A stretch of DNA of 62,996 bases, the filler included, from Octopus bimaculoides (Eukaryota): assembly GCF_001194135.2 (NCBI RefSeq). It is 4 parts of 3 records of this genome, joined end to end, with 100 filler letters (N's around TTAATTAATTAA, not from the genome) between each part and the next. Parts side by side here need not be neighbours in the genome. Positions count along the whole stretch, not along the records: positions 1 to 27,978 come from NC_068981.1; 3 more parts are not named here. One strand, given 5' to 3'. This document shows positions 1 to 12,897 of the stretch, in pieces (position 1 is the stretch's first letter; each line of letters opens with the position of its first letter). A program made the translations under genes and the position numbers. The notes beneath the pieces were generated by a model. The model saw nothing but the letters and a program-made list of their open reading frames with translations, made no database searches and was not told the origin of the DNA.

Positions 1-101
1 GTGGCACCTTGGGCAAGTGTCTTCTACTATAGCCTCGGGCCGACCAAAGCCTTGTGAGTGGATTTGTTAGACGGAAACTGAAAGAAGCCTGTCGTATATA
101 T

Positions 102-134
<33 letters not shown>

Positions 135-350
135 CATATGTTTGTGTCTGTGTTTGTCCCCCCAGCATCGTTTGACAACCGATAGTGGTGTGTTTACATC
201 CCCGTAACTTAGCAGTTTGGCAAAAGAGGCCGATAGAATAAGTACTAGGCTTCCAAAGAATAAGTCCTGGGGTCGATTTGCTCGACTAAAAGGCGGTGCT
301 CTAGCATGGCCGCAGTCAAATGACTGAAACAAGTAAAAGAGTAAAAGAGA
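1..350 (+). mobile_element. tRNA-derived SINE, family A (cut by the window start), with internal (TA)n
   Basis: gtggcaccttgggcaagtgtcttctactatagcc...gaaactgaaagaagcc and tail gcatggccgcagtcaaatgactgaaacaagtaaaaga, both repeated many times in this window. Confidence 0.85.
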
Positions 351-714
351 GAGTATATATTTGAATCTTCTATTCATTAATAAAAAACACATCTGAAACA
401 GCTGTAGTGAGTGAAGCACATATTTTGATGTCAGCATAAAACAGTTATTCAGGTTATGCAATATACCATGCAGCTCCCAAGCTTGTCAGGCAACTTTTTC
501 AAAACAGAATGATACAACAGCTTGTTGAGTAATCCACTGATTTTCAACATCTGTCGTATTGTGCATGGAGAATTTGTCCCCCAGTGCCAGAGCATCTATT
601 GAGAGTGCTGTGCATGTTTTTCTACATGTATACCTTTGTAACTCCTGTCTTGTAATGAAACACATGCAACATGGAATTAAAAATTTGCCAAACTTTTCCA
701 GTCTTCTGTTTTGA

Positions 715-1220
715 TATATGAGGTGGTATCAAAAGTTCCCAGACTAGATCTGTAGTGCACCAACAGATGACAGCATATGGTTGCGTGCACAGTGAGAGCT
801 AGCAGTGACCTTCATGAGGCAGTGTGCTGAGTGACATCATTGTGTTTACTTTGCAAGTTGTGAAATTTGTGTTTTTGTGATCATGTATATGTTGTAGTCT
901 GCAATTTTGTCATGGACAGGAAGTTGGAACAAAGAGCCAACGTGAAATTTTGCATAAAACTTGGATAGTCTGCTACAGGGACATCGAGCATGCTTCAGCA
1001 AGCTTATGGTAACAGAGCAATGGGTCATATGCAATGTTTCAATCAGCACTGGCACTTCAAAATCTGACATCCGTAGTATTGGGTATCAAAAATTTGTCCC
1101 CTGAGGCCAGATCATCTATTGAGAGTTCTGCTGCGATGTTTTGAAGTGTTTGAGGGAACACATTTGGTGAAAGTAACTGGACCTATAGAGCATGAAGAAC
1201 TGGATTCTTCATGACAACAA
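715..1220 (+). mobile_element. Degenerate mariner (Tc1/mariner) 5' fragment
   Basis: Decayed EQRANVKFCIKLG-type transposase N-terminus; truncated at (TA)n. Confidence 0.65.
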
Positions 1221-1221
1221 C

Positions 1222-1291
<70 letters not shown>

Positions 1292-1459
1292 TTATGTATT
1301 ATGTGTGTGTTTGTATGTGTGTGATATTGATTTTGACTTATAAATAGGTTTCCTTTGACTAATAGAAACAAATTAACATGAACTGTGTAAGGAAGTAAAG
1401 TTTGGATGATCGAAGACAAAGTAAAAGTACAATGATAAAAAAAAAAACTATATATTTAC

Positions 1460-1526
1460 AAATTTATGACAACGACATATTCCAAGAACGCAGTCTCCTC
1501 GGTCAGAACAGACACTTGAAGTGTTA
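1460..1526 (-). CDS. I-EGF array exon A2 (67 nt, phase 2 to 0): NTSSVCSDRGDCVLGICRCHKF
   Basis: Acceptor ctttgttttattacag, donor TTT|gtaaat; paralogous to A1, with the C-x8-C spacing to E2 preserved. Confidence 0.9.
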
Positions 1527-1716
1527 CTGTAATAAAACAAAGACACAAAAAGATAATTGCAATTATATGTTCTTTGCCAACAACTGAAACATATATACAT
1601 GTATGTGTGTGTGTGTGTGTGTTTATGTACATGACATGTATGCATGAATGAAAGTAAATATTGATTTCATAAATAAATAACAACATTTGAAGAATCAAGT
1701 ATTTTACCCATAAATA

Positions 1717-2987
1717 TTGGGTCATGCCATAAATAATGTGATCTTATCAATTGCATGAACTAAAAGTTGGAGGGAGACGAAATAAACTACTTGCATCAAC
1801 TTCCTATGAAAGCAGGTAGTAATTTTACCTTGGACTTATCCTTAGTGCAAGTTCTGAAGAGTGCAGTTCGATTTTAACAGTTATTTTTCAAAGCTATAAT
1901 GGAAGTGACAAAGGGGCATATTCAGCATATTTTGCTTTATGAGTTCAATAAAGGCAACTATGCAACAGAAAGTGCGAGGAATATTGAAGCAGTATATGGG
2001 TATTAGACAATAAGCATAAACATGTGTCAACAATGGTTCCAGAAATTCCGTGCCAGAAACTACAGTCTAAAAGATGAGCCACATCCTGGAATATCTGTAG
2101 AGTTCGACAAGGACGTCCTGCAAACCCTGGTGGAATAAAATTTCATCGTAACTATTGAGGAACAGAGGTTTGGATTTAGTCATTCAACCATTCATTGACA
2201 CCTGCATGCCATCAGAAGAAAAGTCAACAAATTGGGTCGATGGGTGCCTCACGAAGTTTCTGAGTCTAATCACATGCAGAGCGTGCATGTGTGCTCTTCT
2301 TTGCTGTCAAATCTCACGAATGAACCATTTTTGGACCAAATAATGGGTGGTGATGAGAAATGGGTTCTCTATGAAAATGTCAAATGCTGAAGACAGTGGG
2401 TAAGGAAAGGAGAAACATGGGCACCCCAGGCTAAAGAAGGTCTTCCCCCACGTAAGGTATTGTTATCTGTTTGATGGGTTATGAAAGGTTTAGTCTACTT
2501 TGAACTTTTAAACTCAAACCAAACAATAACAAAGGAGATTTACTTCAAGCAGCTTGAATGGCTTAAGTCAGTGCTAGAAGAAAGACGACCATCTTTGATC
2601 TCAAGATGAAAGGCGTTCTTCCATCAGGATAATGCTCAGCCACATACAACGAGGATGACATTCCAAAGGCTGGAACAGTTTGAATGGGAAATGATACCCC
2701 ACCCTCCAAATTCGCCAGACATTGCCCCTTCTGTTTATCATTTATCTTGTAGTCTTCAAAATCATTTGGACAGAAAAAATATGAATTCTGTAGACGAGAT
2801 CTGGACAGTACTGGGGGAGTATTTTTCATCACGGACAAGTGAATTTTGAAAGAGGGGCCTTGCAAGTCTACAGATAGATGGAAAAGCATTGTAGAAAAGG
2901 AAGGAGAGTATATTTTAGATTAAAAAAGAATTTTGTTTATCTTAATTTTGAAGTATAAAACACTGCATTATTTCTGAGATGACCCAA
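1717..2987 (+). mobile_element. Full-length but inactivated mariner transposon
   Basis: TIRs ttgggtcatgccataaataatg / cattatttctgagatgacccaa, each flanked by TA; broken transposase with WVPHE, DEKW, HQDNA and HPPNSPDIAP motifs plus stops and frameshifts. Confidence 0.92.
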
Positions 2988-3899
2988 TATAATGAAATGC
3001 CTGCATTGGAGTTGAATACAAGACTTTTGAGTTGAATACAAGACTTTTGAGTTGACCATTAGGCTAGTGTTAATGTATTTAATTTGGTGAATAACAAATA
3101 TCTAGTTAGAAATACTTAGATGATATAATATTAGTACAAATACTGATATTGTTTTGATAATTTCAGCAAATATAGAAGATAACTCTGAGTATGTTCCAGT
3201 TTTATTAGATTTCCTTAGTTAAGCATATACTTCACTGTACTAACTGAAATTGTGATGAGAGAATAACAATATTGTACATATATAGTTGTGAAACATTAGC
3301 ATATTTAATAAAAGTGTATCATTATGCTATGTATGAGAGTCCAACACCTTATACGTTTCAGCTTTTAAGATTTGGGTTCAAATCCTACCATGGCCTATGT
3401 GGGTGGTATATTTAACTCATCACCTCACATCTTCAGTGCATTTAATGGAGTCTACTTTGTTACAAGCATTCAAGGGCAGGTTACCTGCTTGAGGATACCT
3501 CCTTTTCTCTCTCCTACAAGTCTTGAAGGCCTATAAAAGGTCATAGGGAATGCCTTCTCTGTTGATTAAAAAAAATTAAAATGCCATGAATTTTATGGCA
3601 TTGGACCTATCATCTGAAATGCTAGTGGACCTATCATCTGAAAGACGTACCATTCTATTAGTGATATTAGTCTGAGTTTGTTAACAAAGATTTGACCATT
3701 CAGATCTAAACAGATACCATATTCAACAATACAAAATGATGACACTACATGGTTAATAAGAGTTTCAGTATCTTGGAATATAATCTTCACATCCTCCAGT
3801 GTGCAGGGAAGCTAGGGTTTGCAGCAGCAGTACAACAACAACAACAACAGTCAGATAATGTTCCCTATGTTCATGTGACACATATGGAAGGATCAAAGT

Positions 3900-5000
3900 A
3901 AATCAAATACCTTATATGGAAATAGTGCTAGCAACAAGCAACACGAAACATATTCATGTGATAAATATATAGATACATACTACCATCAACCTCACCAACT
4001 GTTCCATCATGCTCAAAACTTTAATATGAATCTCGCAAAACTAACTATAATAATTCCTTGCTAAGCATCACTTCACCATCATAACTATACCAAAAACAAT
4101 CTCCCATTTCACTTCTTGGTACAAGATAGGGAAAATACAACATGTATGATATGAATATTATATCATGTGCTTTAACTTTCCATTAGACACTGGAAGAGTA
4201 GTAAAAAGTCTCAAGGCCATTCAAAAACACAGATTTCAGAGTATGAAAATCACTTAAAATTTTAACAATTACCATAAACCTGAGAAGCACTTATCTGAAA
4301 TCAATGTACATAGCCCATCCCTTATGCATATCCTTAAAAGATACAATAATAATTTGTTCTTTGACATCTACATTCACTTTCCAACTCACAACTCGGATTC
4401 AGACTCTTACTCTCAACACTCAAGTACCTTACTACTTACAAATGTTACACTCGATTATAAAAGATGAAAGATAAATGACTGCTTCAATAACACTCACAAA
4501 ACAAAAGCTTTAAAAACACCATCCTAACAACCATTGATATCAACTAAATATTTGGATTCCATTCTTTACTACCTACTTTTAAACAAAATACTGACTAACA
4601 AGCTGTTTTGGAGGTTTCAAATTCTATGTAGACTATATCTAGAATCTCCAAGTTCCTAAATGGTGCTCCATCAGAATCCATTTTTCACCAGATTTTTTAA
4701 CTTATGTCTATCTCATCTTTCCAAAAAACATACACACAGTAACATCAGCCACACATGCAAATGATATTCAAGTAAAATTCTCTCATCATTCCCCAGGTAT
4801 AACAGCAAGCACACCTACTCCAACCTACAAACCTGGATCCAAACAAAAACATTAAAAGTAGCACATTCTAAATCCATGAACTTTCTTCTCACCAGAATGT
4901 CCAATACATCAACCGATCATGCTCAACATCATAAACAACATAAATACAGAAGACAAACATTCTAGAAATCATGTTATAATACCTTTATAATATTTACAAC
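3900..5000 (+). mobile_element. Highly decayed LINE reverse-transcriptase remnant
   Basis: Fragments resemble GVPQGSxLSPxLF (aatggtgctccatcagaatccatttttcacc); many stops. Confidence 0.4.
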
Positions 5001-5829
5001 ACAAAAAGAAACATAATAGAGAGCTTGTTAATGAGAGCAAATGTGTTCAAAGCTCTCACAGAAACCACATTTGATCAATACAAAAAAAAAAGAAGAAAAT
5101 AATCAACAACACTAATATTCAGATTGATATATTAGATCCATCACAGATCATGCTTTGTAATATTCAGTTATGGTCAATTACATTCTAAGTTCAAATCATT
5201 CTAGGGTTGACTTTGACTTCCATCATTCTGGAGCTGATGAATGATATCACAATGATATCAAATTACAACCTTAATCTATATTTCAATGAGTGGTCTAGCT
5301 AAGAAAAAAAATAGGTAAGATACAGTTGATAATGTAGTTTCTGATCTAGAAAAAGACAGGTTGATTGTGGCTTGACTAACTTTGATCATAAATCTACCTA
5401 ATCAGAGTTGACCTGGGACTAAATCACAACTGACTGCCTACATGCCACAGGGCTACTTAATTAGAACTGATTTGGGCTTAAACATTGGCATCAACTACAA
5501 CAGCAGCAGCAATTCTGGTCTATCACATTATATATCAAAACTGAAAGTGCATTTTATTAGTATAATGATGCATGAAATGCATTCCAGAAGTCTTGAAACT
5601 TTTTTTTTAGGAGTGGCAGTTATAACTGTCCTAGATTGTTGTAATTTTAGTATATTATTACAATACATCTGATAAACTGACCTCTCAACTTTTGTTATTC
5701 CAGATTGTAGGAGACAGATGTAACAGACAGAACACTGCTTGTCATAGCTGATTAGTTTGCAGAATGCATTTAGGAAGTTTAAAAGCTCACTATGCAATAA
5801 GCTTTGTGTTAAATTAGGCAAAAAATTAA

Positions 5830-6400
5830 AGAATGCTATTTTGCTGGCACAGGAGGTTCAAGGATTGTAGATTGGAGATGAGAGGCAATGAGAGGTGTGG
5901 GAGGGAGAGAGGTATCAGAACAACAGAGCGGGTTGAGAAAATTTGCAATTTTATGGATGAAGACCATCGTGTATCTATAAAGTCAATAAGCATACAACTT
6001 CGAGCTGGTGCAACAAGTGTAGGCAAAATTATGAATGAAGATCTGAACATGTGCAAAATTTGTACAAAGTTGGTTCCTATGGTACTCAGTAACAAGTATC
6101 CTGATAACCAACTGCTTGACTGAGAAGGACATCAAAAACTGTCCCTTACCCTCCTTACAGTCCAGACCTTGCTCCCTGTGACTTTTGGTAGTCCCCCAAG
6201 TCGAAAGACAAGATGAAGGTGGCTGTGGCAAGGATTGTAGACACCTTCATTTTCGAGGACTTCCTTAGGGGCCTTCATGAAGTGACTGGATTGCCACAAG
6301 TGAATTGAAGTCAGAGAATCCTACTTTGAAGGAGATTTATGAGTTTTCTTCTTTGAAAATAATGTCTTTCCTGAAAAAGTCTGCAAACTTCTGGAATGTA
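5830..6400 (+). mobile_element. Internally deleted mariner remnant
   Basis: WHRRFK...ICTKLVP helix-turn-helix region followed by a PYSPDLAPCDF-like segment (ccttacagtccagaccttgctccctgtgactt) and a terminal repeat. Confidence 0.75.
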
Positions 6401-6489
6401 TCTAGTACGAAAGCCACTACATCTGCTACTAATGAGGGTGGTAATTATCATCACTCTTTCTTATCATAATTTAATGTTCAGTTTTCTAT

Positions 6490-6700
6490 AATTGCAAGGG
6501 TCTGATGGAATTTGTTGAGGTAGATTTTTCTTTAGCTAAATGCCTTTCCTGTCACCAACCTTTGCTTGTTTTCAAGTAAGATAATATTTCCCTGTGGCCA
6601 AACATGTTTTTCACAGAAGGAAACAAACATCACGTGTATGATGATGACACTCATTTACAACCATCGTGTGATGTCAACAGAAAGGCATGCATAAAAACAC
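6490..6700 (-). mobile_element. SINE family A variant tail
   Basis: Reverse complement of the tail seen at 10890-11015. Confidence 0.6.
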
Positions 6701-6707
6701 ACGCACG

Positions 6708-6748
<41 letters not shown>

Positions 6749-7465
6749 ACACACTCACACACACACTCACAGACACTCACACACACACACACACTTTCAC
6801 ACACACCAACTCACACACACATGCTACAAGGGGGAAGGGAAGAAGCTATGTTAAATTGGAGGCTTGGCTTTAATGATTGCAGCAGAGTATTCTTTGCCAA
6901 GGACATATTAAGTCTACCACCAAGGAACTAAAAACAAAAAGGTGAAACAGATATCATAAGGCTCCTTATTTGCTGCCCTAACAATTCTGCTTCCACTGCC
7001 TGGATTGATACTTAATTTTATCAAAGGATGACCACTGCAGAAATTAAACTCAGAGATTAAAATATTTATACAAACTTAAAACCAGTTCAAATATGTTTGA
7101 GAGATACTTGAATGTGTAAAGGTTTTTCACTGCAGTTTTTCGTAAACAAAAATTCTCATTCAAAATAAAAAGGAGTTAAAATACCATAATCATCTTGGAG
7201 CACTCTCTAAGATTGATGGATGCATTTTGAACTTGTTTGCTTTCTTAAACACCAACACCAGAGGGACAACTCTGAGCTGATTAGCAAGCAAAGCTTCCTT
7301 TATCATAAATTAGCATATATAATTTACTGTTTGCATGCCTATACATGAGTAAAATAATTATGTATTTTAAGGTGATCACATACCTTAAAATGGTCCTGTA
7401 ATGTAGTGCAGACATAGAAACAACAAAAGAAAAAAAAAATAAACTAAGCAAAAAATATTATTTAC

Positions 7466-7503
7466 CCATCGATACATCTAGCTGTAAGATTTTTTTCTGA
7501 TTG
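7466..7503 (-). CDS. I-EGF array exon E2 (38 nt, phase 0 to 2): QSEKNLTARCID(G)
   Basis: Acceptor ttattttgtgacag, donor GG|gtaaat; same length, phases and Cys position as E1. Confidence 0.85.
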
Positions 7504-8022
7504 CTGTCACAAAATAAAATAAAAAACTGGTATAAACATATTAACAAGCTGTAGGGTAAAGAAAACAGTAAAATATTGGCTCTTAGCTCCAGGCTTTATG
7601 GCACTAAGTGGAAGTCAGTTTTAAACAGACTGTCTCTCATATGTATCCTGTTGACCAGTATATGAGTATGAGATAGAAAACGGTACTGTAACTTCCTTAA
7701 GCCTTCATGAATTTTGCTCTGATCTTATTCATTTTTATATTTGATAAATGAGAATGGGTGTTTTAGATTCTTTCTTAGTTTCATGTTCAGCGTGCAGCAT
7801 TAAAACATGTCACGAGATGCACATTCACAAACTTTCTGCTGAGTTGTCAATCATTCATTCACTCAGCAATTATGTTCTTTATTAAAGATTAACAAATAAC
7901 ATGTTTATCAAAATGAAATTAAAAGTAAAATATCTATTTACATACATTTATTGAAAGTAAAAGCTAATTTGAAATATGAGAAAAAGCAACAAGGTACAAC
8001 TACTGGAATAGTAAGAAATTAC

Positions 8023-8106
8023 CAAACGGAATTCACATTTTTTGCCAAAATAATTAGGTTGACATATACAGCGATTATTTTGGCAGTTACCACGTCTACT
8101 GCAGAC
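8023..8106 (-). CDS. I-EGF array exon D2 (84 nt, phase 0 to 0): VCSRRGNCQNNRCICQPNYFGKKCEFRL
   Basis: Acceptor tttatctttgacag, donor TTG|gtaatt; paralogous to D1 (shared GNC..NRC.C...YFGK.C). Confidence 0.9.
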
Positions 8107-8323
8107 CTGTCAAAGATAAAATATATTAGTTAAAAGCAATATATATATATATANNNNNNNNNNNNNNNNNNNNNNNNNNNNNNNNNNNNNNNNNNNNNNN
8201 NNNNNNNNNNNNNNNNNNNNNNNNNNNNNNNNNNNNNNNNNNNNNNNNNNNNNNNNNNNNNNNNNNNNNNNNNNNNNNNNNNNNNNNNNNNNNNNNNNNN
8301 NNNAAGATAAATAGTTGAATAGA

Positions 8324-10510
8324 TGAAATATTTTTATTGTGTCTGGAGAGAGTCATTCTGTTTTAATGCCTAATCAATTAACACATTCACCAATTTGATA
8401 TTCACTCATTTACTTATTTATTTTTTCTAAAATTTTCATTGCTTCTTGCAACCTCTTCAATAGTCATTGACTGTCAGTTATCAGAGTCGCATTCTTTTTG
8501 TTTGTTTGTGCACATGTGTGTGCATCAGTGTGCATGAGCATGCATATTTGTATGTATGTATGTATGTATGTATGTATGTGTGTATGTATGTATGTATGTA
8601 AGTGTGAAGTGTGTGTGTTTATATGGTCATGTGTTTCAGTCTTCTTTTGTGTATGTGTGTGTGTGTGTGTCCGTATTACCTATGTACCCATCTTTCTACC
8701 TATCTATCTGTTTACTTACATATCCATTTACCTACTTACATGTATATGTGTGTGTGTGTGTGTGTCTACATAACGACCTACTAACAAATCTACTTGTGTA
8801 TGTATAAACTGTGGGTATTGGGGTATCTCTACCTTCTATGTATATCTCCTATTTAGTACTGGGGTTGCTTCATTTATGAGGACATACATCTGTATTTGTT
8901 AGAGTGTTGGGTCCTTCAGGTACTTGGATAAAATGCGGATGTCAAGTTGACTCAGTGTGCCTCCATGTTGGTCTTTGGCATGTTGGTTGAGTATGGAGGA
9001 CTGTTTTTTGTCATTATATTGTCTCAAATGTTATTTAATCTCTCCTTGGCTTTTCAACGATCTTAATGTTGAGATTGGCCTCCTTCAGAGCTTTCCTAAA
9101 TCTTCGGGTTAGTTCTCCATAGTCTGTGGCCTCTACAAATATCATTCCTTGATATTTGTTGGCCTTGTACCATGTGTTCACCCTGTTTGCTTTGTCACAA
9201 ACTCTCTGTATCCTATTCCAGTCTTTACTTCTGTATCTAGGGCAGGTACCACTAGTTTTGTTACATATAATGCTATCTCACTTTTTTCTAGTTTCCCTGT
9301 ATACCTGAATCCTATCTTTCTGGTCATATCCAGAGAATTGCATGTGGTGCATGAAGTTTTGTACATGTTTCCTTGTTTCATAGGGTTCACATAGGTGGGG
9401 ACATGTTATTCATTATCCTAAGACTGCTATCAGTATGTTGAATTTCATGTTGTATGACAAAGCCGAGTTCTTGTGAACAACATATTTAGAAGCTATGGGC
9501 TTCATGTAATAGGAGTGGAGGAGCTGCACTCTGTTGTTCACAGTCTTTAACTAAAGTTCAGTATCAAGGACAGGGAGTTTATTGTTAGGGTGTCTAGTGA
9601 GGTAATCTACAGTTACCTTGATACTTTGATGGATGGAGTTAGCTACGTGCTTGATGCTCTCCATAATGCTCCTCTCGGTTTCTACTCTACAGTTACTAGA
9701 GTTTGTCCTAACTAGGATATAAATGTCATCTACATACCTACAGCAAAGCAAATTAGTTGTGGATTGTTCAGCTAAGGATTGTTTAAGCTTTCTGTCCCAC
9801 CAGCCACACTTCCAGCCACACTGACACCAAAAGCTACACCTTGAACCTGCATGTATAGTTTCCTGTTAAACTTTACTATGTGGTTCTTCAAGGTGGTTCT
9901 TATGCTAGCCCCTGTTGCATGTGCAATTATTCTTTTCACCTGATTGTTGTTCTTAGGGCCCTGAGTGGGTATGGTCCAGCTACTCCAGTGCTCTGCGGTG
10001 CTTTTCCTTACTGCTGAGGTAATAGTGGGTGGTCTTCCCCTCAGTGATCTGGTGGGGCAGAATCTACTATGGGCATGATTGTCTAGGTAGTTACAGTCAT
10101 AGTTTAGACTAAGGAGGAGGCTCAGTTCCCTTGTGTTGACTTTGCAGAACTCTGTCTCACTCTCACAAATAATCTCAATACATTTTTTCACAGCAAAATC
10201 TATGTCTATAGATGGGTAAAGTGAAACTACATCCATACTACCCACTACACAACCTGTGAGGTTGTTGGAGTGGTTGCAACTACTGATTCTACTGAGGAGA
10301 TCCTCTGTACTCAGACAGACATCCGGGGACATTTCAATGAGTAGTCGTAACACCTGTGAGAAGAAGTAGGATAGCCTGTAATTGCTGGAGATATTCACTC
10401 TGCAAACTAGCCAGGTTGGAGGCTCCATAACAGGGTTTATGTAGGGTTTATGGTCCTTATGTAACCCACATAGCGTATGAACATAAGAATCTTGCAAACC
10501 AAATACAAAA
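8324..10510 (-). mobile_element. Penelope-like retroelement (RT plus GIY-YIG side), degenerate
   Basis: ORF fragments carry SMDVVSLYPSID, LYMQVQGVAFG, CRYVDDI and LPVLD. The 8324-8480 tail recurs at 12920-13100 and contains a decayed hammerhead-like core. Confidence 0.85.
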
Positions 10511-10734
10511 ACGAAATGAAATATCTTTAAAAATCAAAAACAATTATGGTATATTTTATTTTGATTTTTAATGGTGGGCAAATAAATATGCTGTGGATTT
10601 TTGTAATGTATGTATGTGTGTGTGTGTGTGTGTGTTTGTGTGTACTTGTGTGTGCTTGTGTGTGTGCTTTTGTGTATATGTATATCCATCCATCTATCCA
10701 TCTGTCCGTCCGTCCGTCCGTCTATCTATTGATT

Positions 10735-10849
10735 TTCAACCATGTGGTCTTGGATTCATTTTAGCTGGCAAGCATCTTCTTCTATAGCCCCAGGTTAACC
10801 AAAGTCTTGTGAGTGAATTTGGATGACGGAAACTGAAAGAGGCCCAGTG

Positions 10850-10891
<42 letters not shown>

Positions 10892-11015
10892 CCTTTGTCT
10901 TGACATCATGTGATAGTTGTAAATGGGTGATATTGCTCATTTCTAGTCTTCCACAAAAAAACAAGTCTAGCCATGGGGTAATATCTTGCTTGGAGACAGG
11001 TGAGGGTTAGCAGTA
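10735..11015 (+). mobile_element. SINE family A variant
   Basis: caaagtcttgtgagtgaatttggatgacggaaactgaaagagg head region, (TG)n, variant tail. Confidence 0.7.
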
Positions 11016-11311
11016 TGATTAGTAGCATGAAAAGCTAGTTTAAGCTTTGCAATACCAATCTGCTTGAGACCATCTCTGGTTCTATGTTGCAAAAGTTTTG
11101 TTTTTTAAAGTACCTATATCTAAATCAAAACGTTCCCTCATAATTTGATGTAGGAACCATACATTGCAAGCTGCTGGTTAATTAAGAAAATGTTATCTAT
11201 TTTACTAAAGACTTCCAAATTTTTTATCACTTATAAAGGGATTAAGAAATATAAGCTATGTATTTTATTAGAAATGTACTAATGAAAAGGTTAATAGAAA
11301 AAATAACTTAC

Positions 11312-11421
11312 GCCTTTTGGTGAGCTGCAGTTTTGAGACTGAAGATCTCTTTCACAGGCTTTGCCTTTGTAATTAGCATGGCATCTGCACTTGCCACATT
11401 GGCAGATTCCTTGTCTTCTAC
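11312..11421 (-). CDS. I-EGF array exon C2 (110 nt, phase 1 to 0): RRQGICQCGKCRCHANYKGKACERDLQSQNCSSPKG
   Basis: Acceptor gattatttattctag, donor GGC|gtaagt; same length and phases as C1, 18/36 residues identical by manual alignment. Confidence 0.93.
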
Positions 11422-11575
11422 CTAGAATAAATAATCACCACTTTGGAATAATTGCAATCTTTGAGAACGTTGAGGGACAAAACAGCAATCATAAACACAG
11501 ATTTATTTTGTGAGACCAATTTGTAGTGATAAATTACACTCTATAAAATTGATTCCAATATATTACTGGTACTGT

Positions 11576-11790
11576 AAGGCAGTGAGCTGGCAGAATCGGT
11601 AACTTGGCAGGCAAAATACTTAGCAGCATTTCACCCATCCTTACGTTCTGAGTACAAATTCTGCTGAGGTTGACTTTACCTTTTATTGTTGTGAAGTCGA
11701 TAAAATAAATACCAGTTGAGCACTAGGGTCAATGTAATCAACTATTCTATTCCCTTAAACTTGCTGGCTCTATGCCAAAATTTGAAATCA
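11576..11790 (+). mobile_element. tRNA-derived SINE, family B
   Basis: Head aggcagtgagctggcagaatc; homologous to 44855-45070. Confidence 0.8.
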
Positions 11791-11906
11791 ATATATTACT
11801 GGTACTTATTTTCTTGAATTCAGGATAAGGAAAGTCAAAATTAGATCTAGTAGTGATGAAACCAGGACTTCAATGAAACAATATTGTAAGCTATTTTAGT
11901 CTAGTA

Positions 11907-12426
11907 CAGGGGTGGGGGAACCCTTGCCTGCAGGTGCAGTTGCACCCGTGAGCCCATTTTATTGCGCCCACAGACTGGCATACTCATATGTACAAAATAT
12001 AGTCAATTTTTCAATCATAAAATTTATACAATACTTGTATGCTTCTATGTGATGTAGGTCGTGTTTCCACTATGACTTAAAATGGTTAGACTTGAACAGA
12101 AAATCATCCCGTAATTGCCATTTGAATAGAAATTTTCTTTTCACTATAAAACACATATCGCTAGGCTTGTACCATCCCCCTGAGACCCAACTACGCTCTC
12201 ACTGAAAAATATAGAATACCTCATAAGTAATATAAACGTCCTAAATTCAGTGGTGGCATTAATGAAGATGTTACATGTTAATTTAATGTGTTAAACTTAT
12301 CTTTATTAATGTATATTGAATTATGCAAGATTTACACAGATATAAGAGTTAGAACTCGTCATCTGCCCATGGACCTTTTTTTGGGGAAATGTTTGCCTGC
12401 CACACTAAAAAGTTTCCCCACTCCTG
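11907..12426. mobile_element. hAT (Charlie-like) MITE, 520 bp
   Basis: TIRs caggggtgggggaac / gtttccccactcctg and a perfect 8-bp TSD gtctagta (11899-11906 and 12427-12434). Confidence 0.9.
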
Positions 12427-12449
12427 GTCTAGTATATCTGCCAATTCAG

Positions 12450-12897
12450 CTACCAACAGGGATTATCCATTACAAATTGTTTGAACAGAACCAAACAGTC
12501 AATGCGGAACTCTATGTTCAACAGATGGAACGACTCAACACGGCTATTCAAGAGAAAAGACCTAATTGTCAGCATGGAGTTCTTCTGCTGCCACACCTGC
12601 CGTACTCTCCTGATTTGGCACCAATGGATTTCCACCTCTTCCGATCTCTTTCAAATGCTATGTGTGGAGTTTCGTTCAATACTGATGCAGAATTGAGAGC
12701 TTAGTTGGATCAATTTTTCGAGTGGAAATCAGGTGATTTCTACCAATGAGGTATTGCAAATCTTGTTGAACATTGGGAAGAAGTTGTAAACAACAAGGGT
12801 GAATACATTATGGATTAATTAGTTGTCATTTTTTATTAAACCATTTAAAAAATTTAAATTCTAAAAAATGGCAGGAACTTAGTTGCCAACCCAATAT
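12450..12897 (+). mobile_element. Mariner 3' fragment
   Basis: GIIHYKLFEQNQTVNAELY...PYSPDLAPMDFHLFRSL and right TIR ...gttgccaacccaa-TA. Confidence 0.88.

Noticed and set aside
5528-5821. Minus ORF containing DKQCSVCYICLL, superficially beta-tail-like
   Set aside because: It lies within the E2-A2 intron, has no convincing acceptor, and is not needed for or compatible with the module pattern.
7328-7395. Two micro-exon look-alikes on the minus strand (7384-7395, 12 nt; 7328-7338, 11 nt)
   Set aside because: E2 joins A2 directly with the same C-x8-C spacing as E1-A1. The implied introns are only 45-70 nt, and the 11-nt piece would shift the frame.
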